From: Marsupella aquatica
Lineage: Eukaryota; Plantae; Marchantiophyta
Reading direction: 5' to 3'
DNA: 64,000 bases
Assembly: GCA_973895155.1 (NCBI GenBank)
Contig: OZ316899.1
Span: 7,443,241-7,507,240, forward strand
Shown one piece after another: positions 45,969-57,614 of this stretch (its first letter is position 1; each line of letters starts with the position of its first letter). A model generated the notes under the pieces. The model was given only the letters and a program-made list of their open reading frames with translations. It ran no database searches and had not been told where the DNA came from. The position numbers and the translations under genes were made by a program.

Positions 45969-48824
45969 TCACTCATTAACCGCCGTACCGGCGGCGTCAC
46001 ATAGCTCCCTGCTTAATTGTGAAGCGTCCTCGCGAACATCGCTATCGGCGTCGTCATCTTGATGGTGGTACTTTTTTACACGATCGTAGCTGATTCGCGT
46101 GGGGAGTAAATCGCCGGCATACGTCGCAAGCTCCAAAGATCCGTTTCGGTAGATCTGATTGACAAGGAAGGGCCCTAACCACCGGGTATGCAGCTTCCCT
46201 GGAAACTGCATGTACCTACTATCGTACAGAAGGACTAGATCGCCTGCCACGACGTCGACCCTCCGTAGTCCTTTGTCGTGCTGCTTCTTCGAAGTTGCCC
46301 GTTTCTTCACGGTGTGTCGAGCTGCCAGTAGCCGTGCTTCTTCCAAGGCTTCAATCTGATAAGCTCGGTCTGAGAGACTTTCAGATTCAGGTAAGCGATC
46401 CCGAATGCTGACCCGTGGAGTGTGCACTTCAAATTCGACGGGCACCAACGAATGTTGGCCGAACACCAGAAAGTACGGGCTATGACTCGTAGTAGTTTTG
46501 TAAGCTAGATTATACGAGTACACCGCCGCGTACAACTTATCATCCCAATCCGTTTTGTGCGCAGCTACAGTTTTGTTGAGGATCTTCCCAATGATACCAT
46601 TTGCTCTCTCCGCCATCCCGTTGGCTTTAGGATGATATGGGGTAGTCTTGCGGTGCTTGACTAGGTAACGCTCCGTAAGCTGGGCTACGGTGTCATTGAG
46701 GAAGTGGGTTCCACGGTCGCTTACCAATTCTAAGGGCGGTCCGAATCGGGTGAAAATCTGTTCGTATAAGAATCTGGCACTGGTTGCGGCGTCGTCCTTT
46801 ACCGTAGCCCGCGCTTCGACCCATTTGGTGGAGTAATCAATAGCTAATAGGATGTACCTGCACCTTCGCCTTCGGGTAACGGGAGTGAACGGTCCGATAT
46901 AATCAATTCCCCATTTTTCGAATGGTGCCAATGGAAGCACAGATGTGAGCGGGTGATGATGAGCCCGCCTCGGGGCCCTCGCTCGCTGACACAAGTCACA
47001 GCCCTTAATGAAGCGCTGTACATCCCGATGCAACGTAGGCCACCAATACCCCGAGTCCAGAATCTTTCGGGCTGTCGTAACTGCCGCGAAATGGCCTCCA
47101 GCTTCTTCTTCATGCAGGGCCCGTATCACGATAAGTGTCTCCTTATACTCTAAGCAGCGTCGTAACTTTCCGTTAATACCTTCCTTATGTAGGTGACCCT
47201 GTATCATGACGTAAGGCCCGGCTTTCCGTAAAAACACAGCGGTGGCCTCCTGATTGATGCCGTCAGGGATGCGGCCCGTTAAAAGGAAGGTGATTATTGA
47301 GCCGTACCACATTGGTGTCCCTTCCCCCACGTGGAACAACTCCTCATCCGGAAAAATATCATCAATTGGCTGATCGACTGGTATGCCGTCCAGTCGTGAA
47401 AAGAAATCGGCATTGAGGTGTACCCTTCCTGGCCGAACCCGAACTTCGTAATTAAATTCCTGGAGAAGTAGCACCCACCGGGCTATCCGTCCTGTCACAT
47501 CCGCTTTGTTGACCATGTACTTCAGGCTATCATGATCCGTGTGGAAAATGACCTTGTAGCCTAGCAGATAGTGTCGGAACTTTTTACACGAGTAGATTAT
47601 TCCCAAAGCTTCTCGATCAGTGGGGGAATAATTCTTTTCGGCTGCAAATAGTTGACGGCTAGCGAAATAGATGGGGTGATCACGTCCATCCTCATCTAGC
47701 TGACTAAGTACGGATCCGATACAGAACCCTGACACATCAACATACACGTGGAACTCCTTATTCCAGTCTGGGGTGACCATGATAGGCGCGGTGGTGAGTC
47801 GTTTACGGAGTTCCTCAAAAGCAATCCGTCTTCGGGGTGTCTCCTCGACCGCTGCGTCCTTCTTCATCATCTCAGTTAAGGGTAACGCAATTTTAGCAAA
47901 GTCTTTAATGAACCGGCGATAATACCCTACGCAGCCCAAGAAGGATCGTACTACTTTTTGATCCAAGGGGAACACCACCGCCATCCAGGCTGCAACTTTC
48001 TCTTGGTCCACCTCAATGCCCCGTTTGGACACACGATGCCCGAGTAACACCCCCTCCTCTACCCCGAAGAAGCATTTGGCGGGATGTAGTTTGAGGTTAA
48101 CATCTCGGCATCGTTGCAACGTTCGTCGTAGGTGTTCGGGGTGCATGGCAACGGTTCCGAAGATGGCAAAGTCATCGATAAATATCTCCAAAAATTCCCG
48201 TAGGAAATTGTGGAAGATATTCATCATAAGGCGCTGAAACATAGCCGGGGCGTTACACAGACCAAAAGGCATCCTCCGAAATGCGAACGTTCCCCACTCC
48301 GTAGTGAAAGTTGTTTTGAGCTGATCCGCGAGACGAATCCAGATTTGGTTATAACCTGAATACCCGTCAAGAAATGTATAGATTTCATTTCGGGCCACCA
48401 TATCTAGAACCATATCCGTGAATGGTAATGGGTAATGGTCTTTTCGGGTTGCGTCATTCAGCTTACGGTAGTCCTGACAGATACGAATCTTAGGTTTTCC
48501 ATCCGTACCTCCCTTCTTTGGTACAATGACAATGGGAGAGACCCAGTCGCTGGCCATTACCGGGTAAATGATATCGGCGGCGAGGAGATGATCAATTTCC
48601 TCCTTCACTAAGATGGAGTACCTCGGATTCATGCGACGTTGTCGCTGTCGTACCGCATGGGCTCCTAGGTTCAGATCGATTGTGTGTTCTCCCAACTCGG
48701 GGGAGACGCCTGTTAAATCATGATGATTCCATGCAAACACATCTTCATATTCCTTGAGCAAAGCTTGGATGGATTTTTCAGCCTTCCCCGTCAGAGCGTG
48801 GCCCAGGTTAAAAGATTTGTCCAT
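45969..48824 (-). CDS. pol: Gypsy Pol: RT, RNase H, integrase (no chromodomain)
   Basis: WVSPIVIVPKK, DYRKLN, RMPFGLCNAP, FIDD, FHVYVDVS, HTDH, GHF..C..C, WGIDYIGP, VSDRGTHF, NGMAER. Confidence 0.96.
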   Translation of the reverse strand: MDKSFNLGHALTGKAEKSIQALLKEYEDVFAWNHHDLTGVSPELGEHTIDLNLGAHAVRQRQRRMNPRYSILVKEEIDHLLAADIIYPVMASDWVSPIVIVPKKGGTDGKPKIRICQDYRKLNDATRKDHYPLPFTDMVLDMVARNEIYTFLDGYSGYNQIWIRLADQLKTTFTTEWGTFAFRRMPFGLCNAPAMFQRLMMNIFHNFLREFLEIFIDDFAIFGTVAMHPEHLRRTLQRCRDVNLKLHPAKCFFGVEEGVLLGHRVSKRGIEVDQEKVAAWMAVVFPLDQKVVRSFLGCVGYYRRFIKDFAKIALPLTEMMKKDAAVEETPRRRIAFEELRKRLTTAPIMVTPDWNKEFHVYVDVSGFCIGSVLSQLDEDGRDHPIYFASRQLFAAEKNYSPTDREALGIIYSCKKFRHYLLGYKVIFHTDHDSLKYMVNKADVTGRIARWVLLLQEFNYEVRVRPGRVHLNADFFSRLDGIPVDQPIDDIFPDEELFHVGEGTPMWYGSIITFLLTGRIPDGINQEATAVFLRKAGPYVMIQGHLHKEGINGKLRRCLEYKETLIVIRALHEEEAGGHFAAVTTARKILDSGYWWPTLHRDVQRFIKGCDLCQRARAPRRAHHHPLTSVLPLAPFEKWGIDYIGPFTPVTRRRRCRYILLAIDYSTKWVEARATVKDDAATSARFLYEQIFTRFGPPLELVSDRGTHFLNDTVAQLTERYLVKHRKTTPYHPKANGMAERANGIIGKILNKTVAAHKTDWDDKLYAAVYSYNLAYKTTTSHSPYFLVFGQHSLVPVEFEVHTPRVSIRDRLPESESLSDRAYQIEALEEARLLAARHTVKKRATSKKQHDKGLRRVDVVAGDLVLLYDSRYMQFPGKLHTRWLGPFLVNQIYRNGSLELATYAGDLLPTRISYDRVKKYHHQDDDADSDVREDASQLSRELCDAAGTAVNE

Positions 48825-49065
48825 CCCAATAGTGTACTTCCGGTAGTGCTCCTTCTTGATGACTTCAACCTGGTTTCGCAGACTCGGGTCCAGGCTCGCG
48901 TCAAGCTAAGCTAACCGAACCCCTCCGTACATGGGTGGGACCGGGATTGGTCTCGGGATGGGGTTTACTTCCTCCAATTGCGGAATGGACGGATCCCATG
49001 AGACTCGCTTTTTATGTCTCGGTCTCGAGTTTTCGGCCTCAGGCGGTTGTTGGGCTGGTTCATGG

Positions 49066-49866
49066 TTACGAGGCTCTGAAATGGAAGGAGTAGCCTCGGT
49101 CCTCCGTCTCGACGAGTTGTTCGTGCGTTTCCTCATCCCCGACAGTAGATGTACTTGGGGTGGACTCAATGGCAGCCCTCGGGTAATTTAGGAGATGTGT
49201 TTCTCGGGTTGCTTCAACTCCGAAGACATCTTCCTCGGATAGGGACGAGATGAGTTCGATCATATTGAGTTCCTCTTCCTCCGAGGTCTCCGAATCATAT
49301 TCCTCGGGTCCTTGTGGGGTTTCTCCCTGATAATCGTCCATTGCCCAGGATACCCGTATGGTGGGTTCCCCGAACCGTAGCTCCTTCTTTCCCCAATCCG
49401 TGACTACGCGGCCACCGTACAACCACGGCCTGCCCAGAAGAACCGGATAAGAGGAGGGACGAACCGGCCTCATGACTAAGAAGTTGAGATAGAACTCTAC
49501 CCCTCCCACCAGAGTGAGCACTCGTGTGAGCGTGCCTAATGGGAGGACCCTTGCCCCGTTTGCTAATCTGATAGCTCGGGCCGTGGGTTGATACGTGAGG
49601 TATCCTAACTTGACTGACGTTTCTTCAGTCATGATGTTGACTCCCGCTCCTCCGTCTACAAGAACCATCTTGATGGTACAGTTATTAATTTCGATCGAGA
49701 TGTCCGGCGCTCCAAGGTCCTCGCATATCATGTTGCAGTCCGCACTCCCAACTCGGGGTAGTCTCCTCCTTCGGCGACCCATGAGCAACTCCCTCAGTTG
49801 TCGTCTGTACTGTGGGTTGTTCTGCAGCAGTTGCCCCACCGTCGCTGTAACCGGGCAACTCTTCAC
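49066..49866 (-). CDS. Gypsy aspartic protease region (in frame with gag past a premature TAG)
   Basis: VLVDGGAGVNIM, VLLGRPWL. Confidence 0.9.
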   Translation of the reverse strand: MKSCPVTATVGQLLQNNPQYRRQLRELLMGRRRRRLPRVGSADCNMICEDLGAPDISIEINNCTIKMVLVDGGAGVNIMTEETSVKLGYLTYQPTARAIRLANGARVLPLGTLTRVLTLVGGVEFYLNFLVMRPVRPSSYPVLLGRPWLYGGRVVTDWGKKELRFGEPTIRVSWAMDDYQGETPQGPEEYDSETSEEEELNMIELISSLSEEDVFGVEATRETHLLNYPRAAIESTPSTSTVGDEETHEQLVETEDRGYSFHFRAS

Positions 49867-50028
49867 GTCCTCCTTAATATCATAGTCCTCCTTTGTTTCT
49901 TTCGTTGGCTGCTGCTTGGCTTCCTCTTGTTTATCTTGCTTTTCTTGCTCCTGACGCCGGGCTGTCTCGGCTGCTTTGATGTCCTTATCGATTGCCTTCT
50001 GGTATTCCTGAGCTTCGTAAGCCTCCAG

Positions 50029-51942
50029 CTATTTCTTTACCAATTCTTCGATGCGGGGAAGAAACAGCTTCGGGTCGTCCCGTCGGTAGTCATCGTCCTT
50101 TTCCGGGGGTATATTTATCGCTGGCTGCACCGGAGTAGTATCTTGCTTTTTCCTCCGTTTCTCCTCCGTCTTTTCTTCCTTCCGTTCGGCCCTTGTCGAC
50201 ACTCGGTAGCACTCGGCCTCATCCAATGGATTAGGGTGTTCCGCCACGTCCACCAGATTCACCCACTCGGTGTTGTCATCTTGCCATTCTACAGCAATCA
50301 TTTGGACGACTGCATCGCTCGTGACTGGTCCAGCCTGGGCCGGTCTAGCCGCACTCGTTCGAGCAGCGATTACCAACGGACAGTTGGCCGTGGAATGAGC
50401 CTCCGTTTTGCAAACTTGACATAGTGGGGTGCCTCGGCCATCTCCCTGACGTCTTGGTTCGGTGCATTCCCTCGCAAAGTGTCCTGGCTTTTCACAGTTG
50501 TAACAAACCGGGGACCGCCAAATCCCTGGCTTAGGAGGGATGCTCGGGTTACTGATAACCTGGAAACTCCGGCCATTACTTGGGTAGGGGTACGCAGTTC
50601 TACCCGCTAAATTACGCGGACCTACCGTTGAAATCTGGTACACGGAATCAGGAGGGTCCTCAAAGAAATACTCCGTGGACTCCGATTCGGGGCCCGGGTT
50701 GTCAACATCATCCAGCTCTACTTGGTGAACTCGGTTCTTCCACCTTGGGCATTCCTGCACCACATGGCCGGATTGGAAGCACTTTGAACACCACGCATGG
50801 GCTCGAATCTCAGATGGCTTCTTCTTCTCCATCGGCTTTTCTGCAAGATGTACTGACAGTGCTTTGAGTCGATCCGTGATTTCGTTCAGCTTGTCTGCTT
50901 CGGCAGCCTTTGGATCTGGTATCGTTCTTCGCGCCCGGGGTTTAATCTTCCCCTCCTTCTTCACTCGTCTCTTCTTCTTTTTGCTCCGGCTTTCGCTCTC
51001 CAAGTCACTTCCTGATGAACTGGAGGTAGAGGATCCGATGCTTGAAGCTGAATCCGAACTGGATTCCGTCTCGGAGCTGGACGAGGTCGAACGATGTTTC
51101 TTCTTCTTCTTGCGTTTCTTCTTCCTCTCGTTGTCCGATTCGGAGTCACTGTCACTGAAGGTTTCGTACTTACCCTTCCTGCGGCGTGCTCGCTGGCTCC
51201 GCCGGGAGTTATAGGTGGACTCCCGGTAAGTTTCGGCGCACGCTATGGCCGCCTGCATTGAAATTGGATTATTCTGGCGTACCCAGAATTGCATATTCGT
51301 GGGCAAACCATGAAGGAACCATGTAAGCTGGAGCGCGTCTCCTGGCCTGGGCCGGATCTTGGCCGCAAGTTTCTGAAACTTCTGAATGAACTTCCGCAGG
51401 GACTCTTTTTTTTCCATGCGAAGCTGGCCAATCTTTAATAGAGAACGCTGTTCTGATCCAATGGCACGAAACTCCTGCAGCAATGCAGCTTGGAATTGTG
51501 CCCAGGTAGTCCCGGGTGGTAACGAGTTGTACCATGGACGAGCTTCTCCCCGCATCACTCCCGGGAGGACGGTTAGCTTAATGGCATCTTCCCCATTAGC
51601 TTTAGCAGTGGCTTCAAACTCATCCAACCATTCATCCGGATCATCCCCATGACGCCCTTTGAAAGGTCGATAATGAAATCGCGATCGTTGCGATATTTGT
51701 GGAGGCGCCTGAGCAGCGCGGGCCACCGGTGGAGCGGCTGCCATAGGTGGTGGTGGTGGTGGTGGTGGTGGAACCGCAGCAGGGCCGGTCGAACCGGACC
51801 CCGAAGATCCCGGGGGTATGTTCATACGTTGGGACGATTGCGAGTCCTCCGAGCCCGACGAGTCGGAGCTTGTTGTGGTTGCACTTTCTCGTTCGCTGGT
51901 CAATCTCCTCAAGTAAGCTGCTTGAGAACGAGTGACGGGCAT
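50029..51942 (-). CDS. gag: Gypsy Gag with three CCHC knuckles
   Basis: DPDEWLDEFE, GEARPWY, WFLHGLP; CSKCFQSGHVVQEC, CYNCEKPGHFAREC, CQVCKTEAHSTANC. Confidence 0.93.
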   Translation of the reverse strand: MPVTRSQAAYLRRLTSERESATTTSSDSSGSEDSQSSQRMNIPPGSSGSGSTGPAAVPPPPPPPPPMAAAPPVARAAQAPPQISQRSRFHYRPFKGRHGDDPDEWLDEFEATAKANGEDAIKLTVLPGVMRGEARPWYNSLPPGTTWAQFQAALLQEFRAIGSEQRSLLKIGQLRMEKKESLRKFIQKFQKLAAKIRPRPGDALQLTWFLHGLPTNMQFWVRQNNPISMQAAIACAETYRESTYNSRRSQRARRRKGKYETFSDSDSESDNERKKKRKKKKKHRSTSSSSETESSSDSASSIGSSTSSSSGSDLESESRSKKKKRRVKKEGKIKPRARRTIPDPKAAEADKLNEITDRLKALSVHLAEKPMEKKKPSEIRAHAWCSKCFQSGHVVQECPRWKNRVHQVELDDVDNPGPESESTEYFFEDPPDSVYQISTVGPRNLAGRTAYPYPSNGRSFQVISNPSIPPKPGIWRSPVCYNCEKPGHFARECTEPRRQGDGRGTPLCQVCKTEAHSTANCPLVIAARTSAARPAQAGPVTSDAVVQMIAVEWQDDNTEWVNLVDVAEHPNPLDEAECYRVSTRAERKEEKTEEKRRKKQDTTPVQPAINIPPEKDDDYRRDDPKLFLPRIEELVKK

Positions 51943-52863
51943 TTACTCATATAAATGCAATGGTTAGTACTACGTCCTGATGTATCCTGCCTAGGTGAAT
52001 ACGCACATGTCTCCCCTCTACGATATGTAGAGTGCCCCCTCCATCTAGCGCCAAAACAAAGGCTATGTCACGTCGTAGGCTTTGGCCTTAACTCAGACTT
52101 CAGCTTAGACGGGCACATCCCTCGTAAATCTGAGGGTTCGGGCAGGAAGGGAAGCACGTAATGCACCTTATTCTCGTAAACTAGCGCTAAGTGCGCATAC
52201 TGCTAAATACGGACACCTCCTAGGTATGGTTTGTGTTCCGCCGCCGGAACGTACCTTAGTCGATAGCAGGATCGACCCCGGCTTAAGGGCTTCTAAGCCT
52301 TCGTGCTGTCCGCCTTCGATCCGGATTCGATGATACAGGTCCTCAACCCGTGCTCGCAACCACTTACCCGTAGGCTGCACCCTGTGCACGTCTCGGGTAG
52401 TGCGTTCGGCCCGGCGCTGCCACCCATATACGAGAAACCCACACACATATGCGCACACATGCATACAATCTCGATTTACACGAAGGAAAAATGATGGGAA
52501 AGGATTTTACTACAAAGGGAACATATGCGTACACTTAGTTGACACGACAGCCCTGGAATGCACAGGTTCAAGGCCAAGGGTGCACACTACAACGGAGCCC
52601 GGCTCCGCACTCGCCCGACGAGCTTAGTCCTACCCCCTCCCCTTGGTACTCTGTCATTCCCAGAGGTCGGGACTCCCCGCATGTCCCGCGGATGTCCGAC
52701 TCTGAAACTAAAAACCCCCCTTATTGCCTAATGATGTCCTACCCCTAATGATTACCTAAATACTGTCGTTATGCTAATAATAGCGGCCTAAGACCCACCT
52801 AACGCGCGTGCCGAGCGCAGTTAGACTGAATCACTTATTAACCGCCGTACCGGCGGCATCATA

Positions 52864-53160
52864 GTGTCAGTTGTCCGTGTCCGTTGTCCGTGTCCGCTAT
52901 CTGTGCCTGCTGTCTACTATCCGTGTCCGTTGTCCGTGTCCGTTGTCCGCTATCCGTTGTCCCGGGTTTAGTCTAACCCCAATCTAAATCCACTAGCCAC
53001 TATCCGGTATCTGTATCCGCTATCCGCTATCCGTGTCCGCTAACCTCTATCCGTATCCGCTATCCGTGTCTGCTAACCTCTATCCATATCCGTGTCTGCT
53101 AACCTCTATCCGTATCCGCTATCCGTGTCTGCTAACCTCTATCCGTATCCGCTATCCCGG
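52864..53160 (+). repeat. TGTCCG/TATCCG-based microsatellite and minisatellite in the outer LTR
   Basis: GTTGTCCGTGTCC and GCTAACCTCTATCCGTATCCGCTATCCGTGTCT units. Confidence 0.85.
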
Positions 53161-55637
53161 GTTACACACTAACCCATCACACTAATAAGATCATATCTTT
53201 CCTAATACACCTCCGTTTTGAGAGTGTTTTATATCGATTTTATTCGCCTTGACCAGATCTTTCCAATGCTCTTTACAGATCCGGATTTGGTGACATATTG
53301 AAAGAGATATGGTCGCCGACCACCCACGACATAGCTTTTATTTCCCTACTATTAATGCCATGATTGCCCTTATTCTTGCCATCTTGCTAATTGTTATGCA
53401 ATATCAATAGCTACTCCTTGCATACAGCAGCCTAGTTAATCAGATTAAAGAATAAGGACCATGTCATCGGCGTCACAGTAGACTTTCACTGCATGGTCTA
53501 TGAGTTTTGGAGGACGGGAGAGCTTGCACAATGCATCAAAGATGGGGTGATTCGATTCATCCCCAAGAAAACTGATAATTAATTGCTATGAGACTGCAAT
53601 GGGAGCCAACCTAAACCTGAGAAAATCTATTGTTATTCCACTCTCTTTGGATGTGATTCCTGATTGGTTGAAGGATACCGGGTGCGTCATCAGTGAACCT
53701 GGTACCGTCCAGAAGTATCTGGGTGCCCCTTTTGGGAGTAGATTATCGGAGAGCCAGTTGCATTGCTTCTGTCTTGATTGTATTGGATCTAGGCTTTCCT
53801 CTTGGTCAACACGCTTTTTATCTTTTATTGGCAGATTGCTACTTGTGAAGCATGTGTTGCAGGCCATTCCGGTGTACCACATGATGTTCCTGCGGTCACC
53901 TCATGCATTGACCAAGAAATTGATTGCTCTGAGCAGAATCTTTTTATGGGGCACTAATGAGCTGGGGGGGCAAGCGTGTTCCACTGGTGGCATGGGAGAA
54001 GCTTACTCGGCCCAAGGGAGATGGTGGCCTCGGTCTGAAGGATTTTTGAAGCCACTCTGATGCACTGTTGAGTAAGTGGTTCACCGGAGCCCTCGATCAT
54101 CCAACTTCTGAATGGGCTTTATTGTATGCAAAGAATCTCATCCTAATCAAATGGAGGAACTATAAGACAGTACGTAGGAACAGGTACTCGATGTCGGACA
54201 AGATGCTACTCAGCACCCCACGCTCTTTTGGGAGATTCATCTACACTGGTCAACTATGGGCTGCTTGGGATCTAGTGCGAGCCAATCTTATTTTCTCACC
54301 TGGGGGATTTGCTATCCCTGGCCACTGGGGTATGGAGGATCTACTACGGAGTATGATAGGTTTCTATGACCTTCCTGAGTCGCACCTTTTGGAGATTGTT
54401 AGGATCTGTGGCCGTCTGGGTTTTCGATCTGTTTCTGACCTGTGGTCTCATGCGGACAATGAGTGGAAATCTGTGGATGCTTTGCTGTCACGCTTCAGGG
54501 GACTCTCTCGGGAGGCAAAATAGGGGATGCTGGCCTTTATCCAGGCTATTCACGGATCGGCCTTCAGGGGACGTGCTTTTGACTCTATAGCCAGGCAATG
54601 GCGGTGGCTTGACAAAGATGTGGCTCCCCACTGCTTTAGGCTCTCTAATCACCGGGTGTATGAAATGCTCCGCCCTAAGGGCTCTGATTTTGGCAGGCTC
54701 AACCGGATCTGGAATGAAACCCTGACTGAGGCTGATTGGTGCAGGGTCTGGGTAGTGGTGTGGAGTGCTGATCTCTCCACTAAGGCAAAAAAAATTCTTT
54801 GGCGGATTTTGGCTCAGGGGCTCTTCTCTGGCTCTAGGGCTCTCAGGATGGACAAATCTGGTGGCTCCCGTACTCTGTGTGTCGGCACTGTGGAAACTAT
54901 TCCCCACATTTTCCTTTTTTGCAGACACACGACCTGTTGCTAGAGTTTGGCCAGGAGCTGGCTGAATGGACTACTCAACATTGGACACGTGTCTATTGTT
55001 GGCTTGCTCTCATCCACCTTGGGGAAGGAGCCTTTGACTACTTTGCGTCTCTTCCTCTTACATCAATCTCTGTGGTGCATTTGGTTGGCGAGAAATTCTC
55101 AGACGTTTGACCGTTCTAAGCTGAGAACTTTTGATCAGATATTGATCTTTTTTGAAACCTTAGATCACTTGACTGCTGTTGTTGCGGCTTCTGCCCTGGG
55201 CAGGAAACACCACCGGCTCACTCAAGCCACCTCACTTCTAACTGTGGAGCAACTTAGGATCCTCGGTAGCGGTGTACATCACACTGTTACACACTGACTT
55301 GTGTTAAATCTTGGTTGAGGCTGTCTCTCATAGGTATAACCAGGCAAACATTCTGCTATTACTTTGAAGTCCACGACTAGCCAGGCTCTACAGTACTCCT
55401 AATAGTGGCCGACTAGGGTGAACACTATTAGGATCCACATTGCTATTTTTATGGCCTGATCAGCGTGTTGTACTTTGGACTGTGTCCCCTCTGAAGGGAG
55501 CCCTCCTGCTCTGACTACACCCTCCATGGCTATTATGGGGTCTTTGCTCTTTTCTGCCCTCGATGGCTTGCCGCCTTTTGGCCTGCTTGTTTTCCCCATT
55601 CGTGGGGTTCACGCGGAATAAAATTTAAATTAAAAAA

Positions 55638-56665
55638 GAAGAAGAAGATCATTATAGTAGCAATATATGTGGATGACCTGAACTTATTCGGCACACCAAT
55701 GATCCTGCAGGAAACAATCAAGCAACTAAACAAGGCATTTGAGATTAGGGATTTAGGCAAAACTACCTTCTGCCTTGGATTGCAATTCAAATACCTACCA
55801 CATGGAATACTACTCCATCAATCTACTTATACACGCAGGATGCTAAGGAAATTCAACATGCATACTGAAAAAGCAATCAAATCACCAATGGATACAAGTT
55901 CTCTGGATAGAGGAAAAGACATTTTCTGGAAAAGAAATGATGAGGAGCCACTGCTTGGCTCAGAGAAGCCATACTTGTTGGCAATAGGCGCACTCCTATT
56001 CTTATCTTCATAGACTCGACCTAACGTTGCATTCGCAGTAAATTTTCTCGCTAGGTATAGCGCACAACCCATGACCCGACACTGGAACGGGGTCAAACGA
56101 TTATCGCTACCTCAATGGCACCATTGATCTTGAACTATTCTACCACAACCAAATGGATACCACACTAGCTGGCTATGCTGATGCTGATGCTGGATACTTG
56201 TCTGACCCTGTGGATGCCAAATCTCAGACAAGATACATTTTTCTGATTGGGCTCACAGCTATTTCATGGCGCAGCACAAAACAAACACTCACAACTACTT
56301 CTTCTAATCACTCAGAAATAATTGCACTCTACGAGGCCAGCCGCGAGTGCATCTGGTTACAAAACATAATCAGTTGTCTTCAAGAAACCACAGGTAAACC
56401 TAAACTTAACTCCCCTATTGTCATCTACGAAGATAACAGGCCATGCATAGAACAAATTTCAGCAGGATTCATCAAAGGTAATAGGACAAAACACATTTCC
56501 CAAAAACATTTCTTTACGCATGAGCAACATGGCGATACAATCGATGTTCAATGGATACCGAGTTCTGAAAACACTACAGACCTCTTCACAAAATCTTTAC
56601 CTCCGATACTGCATAAGACACTAATCAGGTTGATAGGAGTACGTAGCCTTTCTGAATTGTTATAG
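55638..56665 (+). pseudogene. Ty1/Copia RT (YVDD) to RNase H C-terminus
   Basis: IAIYVDDLN, FEIRDLG, YEDNRPCI, RTKHI, DLFTKSL; contains a stop and a frameshift. Confidence 0.93.
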
Positions 56666-56684
56666 GACAATTGAAGTTACCCCT

Positions 56685-57614
56685 TGTGATGCCTTGCCAG
56701 GACCACGAAGAACTTAGTTAAGCCTAAAATAATGGCTAAATAAAGATTAGGTAGATAGAATAAGGGAGGAATAAGGATCGAGGCCGATTGCAACGTGTTC
56801 GGGGGAGATTGTGATAGGATAGGATCCAACGGTCGCGATTAAGTGGGATTAGGGTTATGACCTAATCTGGGCTTGATCAGGTAAGCCATCAGGAGGCAGC
56901 TTCGTAGGGAGGGGATCGACACTCGGTACACTTGCTCATTTGCTTGTTCGATCAACCTAGGGAGGTGGAAGCAGCTGCCGATCGATCGGGGGAGGTGGTT
57001 AGGGAATTGCTCAAGCTCTTTTTTCTTTCACTTGAATGACCACGGTGAATCAAGCGGCCAAGTTTTGGGGTTGTTTGCTTGAAGAAGCACGGCAGCTCAT
57101 ACCAACTTATGAAGACGTCGAGCCGGAACAAGCAGCAAGGGAACGGGCAGAGCTCGCGCGGTTATGGGGAATTCATAAGACAGATTTTGCGGGAACGGAA
57201 GAGGTCCTTGAGAAATTTGCATGGACTCCCACCAGTGCCAAGCTTGACGAATTGCTGATCCAACAGAATTGAGTCGTTGGAATTTGGGCGGAGCCGGTGT
57301 GGGAGTTGAAGGGTCACACTTTGGCTTGGAGCAAGGAAGCCATTCTTGGAGAGTTCTTAGGAATGGAGGAGATGAAGCATAAGGGTAGTTTGGCATCTGC
57401 AACACCAGCTAAGCGAAACCGGTCGGAGAGGCAGGCTAAGGCTGAAGCCGTGCCAGTTTGTGATAGGGCAGTAGAGGATAAGTTTATGGCGGGTTGGGCG
57501 GATAGGCTACCTGCCGACTTACAACTGCAGTTTGCACGAGAAGAAGATGAGGTCATCCATGCTATCCAAGATAACAAGTATTCAGGATACATGAACAACA
57601 CCGGCTTAGAGGGA
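56685..57614 (+). mobile_element. 5' part of a second family B LTR, interrupted by the family A element
   Basis: Starts TGTGATGCCTTGCCAGGA; colinear with 32401-33354; ORF start MTTVNQAAKFWGCLL at 57036. Confidence 0.88.

Larger units (their letters stand above)
45629..52863 (-). mobile_element. Ty3/Gypsy non-chromovirus element; 5' LTR 52066-52863, truncated 3' LTR 45629-46001
   Basis: ~373 bp nearly identical between 45629-46001 and 52490-52863; PBS after 52066; gag-PR-RT-RH-INT order. Confidence 0.93.
43924..53477 (-). mobile_element. Outer solo-LTR-like insertion (parts 43924-~45628 and 52864-53477) hosting a Gypsy element
   Basis: Termini TGTCACG...CGTCACA; 5-bp TSD GTAGA at 43919-43923 and 53478-53482; the LINE resumes across it. 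Confidence 0.85.
41280..55637 (+). mobile_element. L1-clade LINE (5'-truncated ORF1 with CCHC knuckle, ORF2 endonuclease, RT core deleted), split by insertion 43924-53477
   Basis: CYRCQKKGHLARDC; ASWNVCGL, GDFN, SRLDRFY, SDHDPV, KAPGVDG; resumes after TSD GTAGA; AATAAA plus A-rich tail at ~55617-55637. Confidence 0.92.

Noticed and set aside
49798-51652. Plus-strand ORFs antisense to gag/pol (and similar antisense ORFs over the LINEs and LTR ORFs)
   Set aside because: Shadow frames of real coding sequence with no independent motifs.
32401-57614. LTRs at 32401 and 56685 as the two ends of one element
   Set aside because: They are visibly diverged, no Gypsy internal region or polypurine tract precedes 56685, and the intervening DNA is Copia/LINE.
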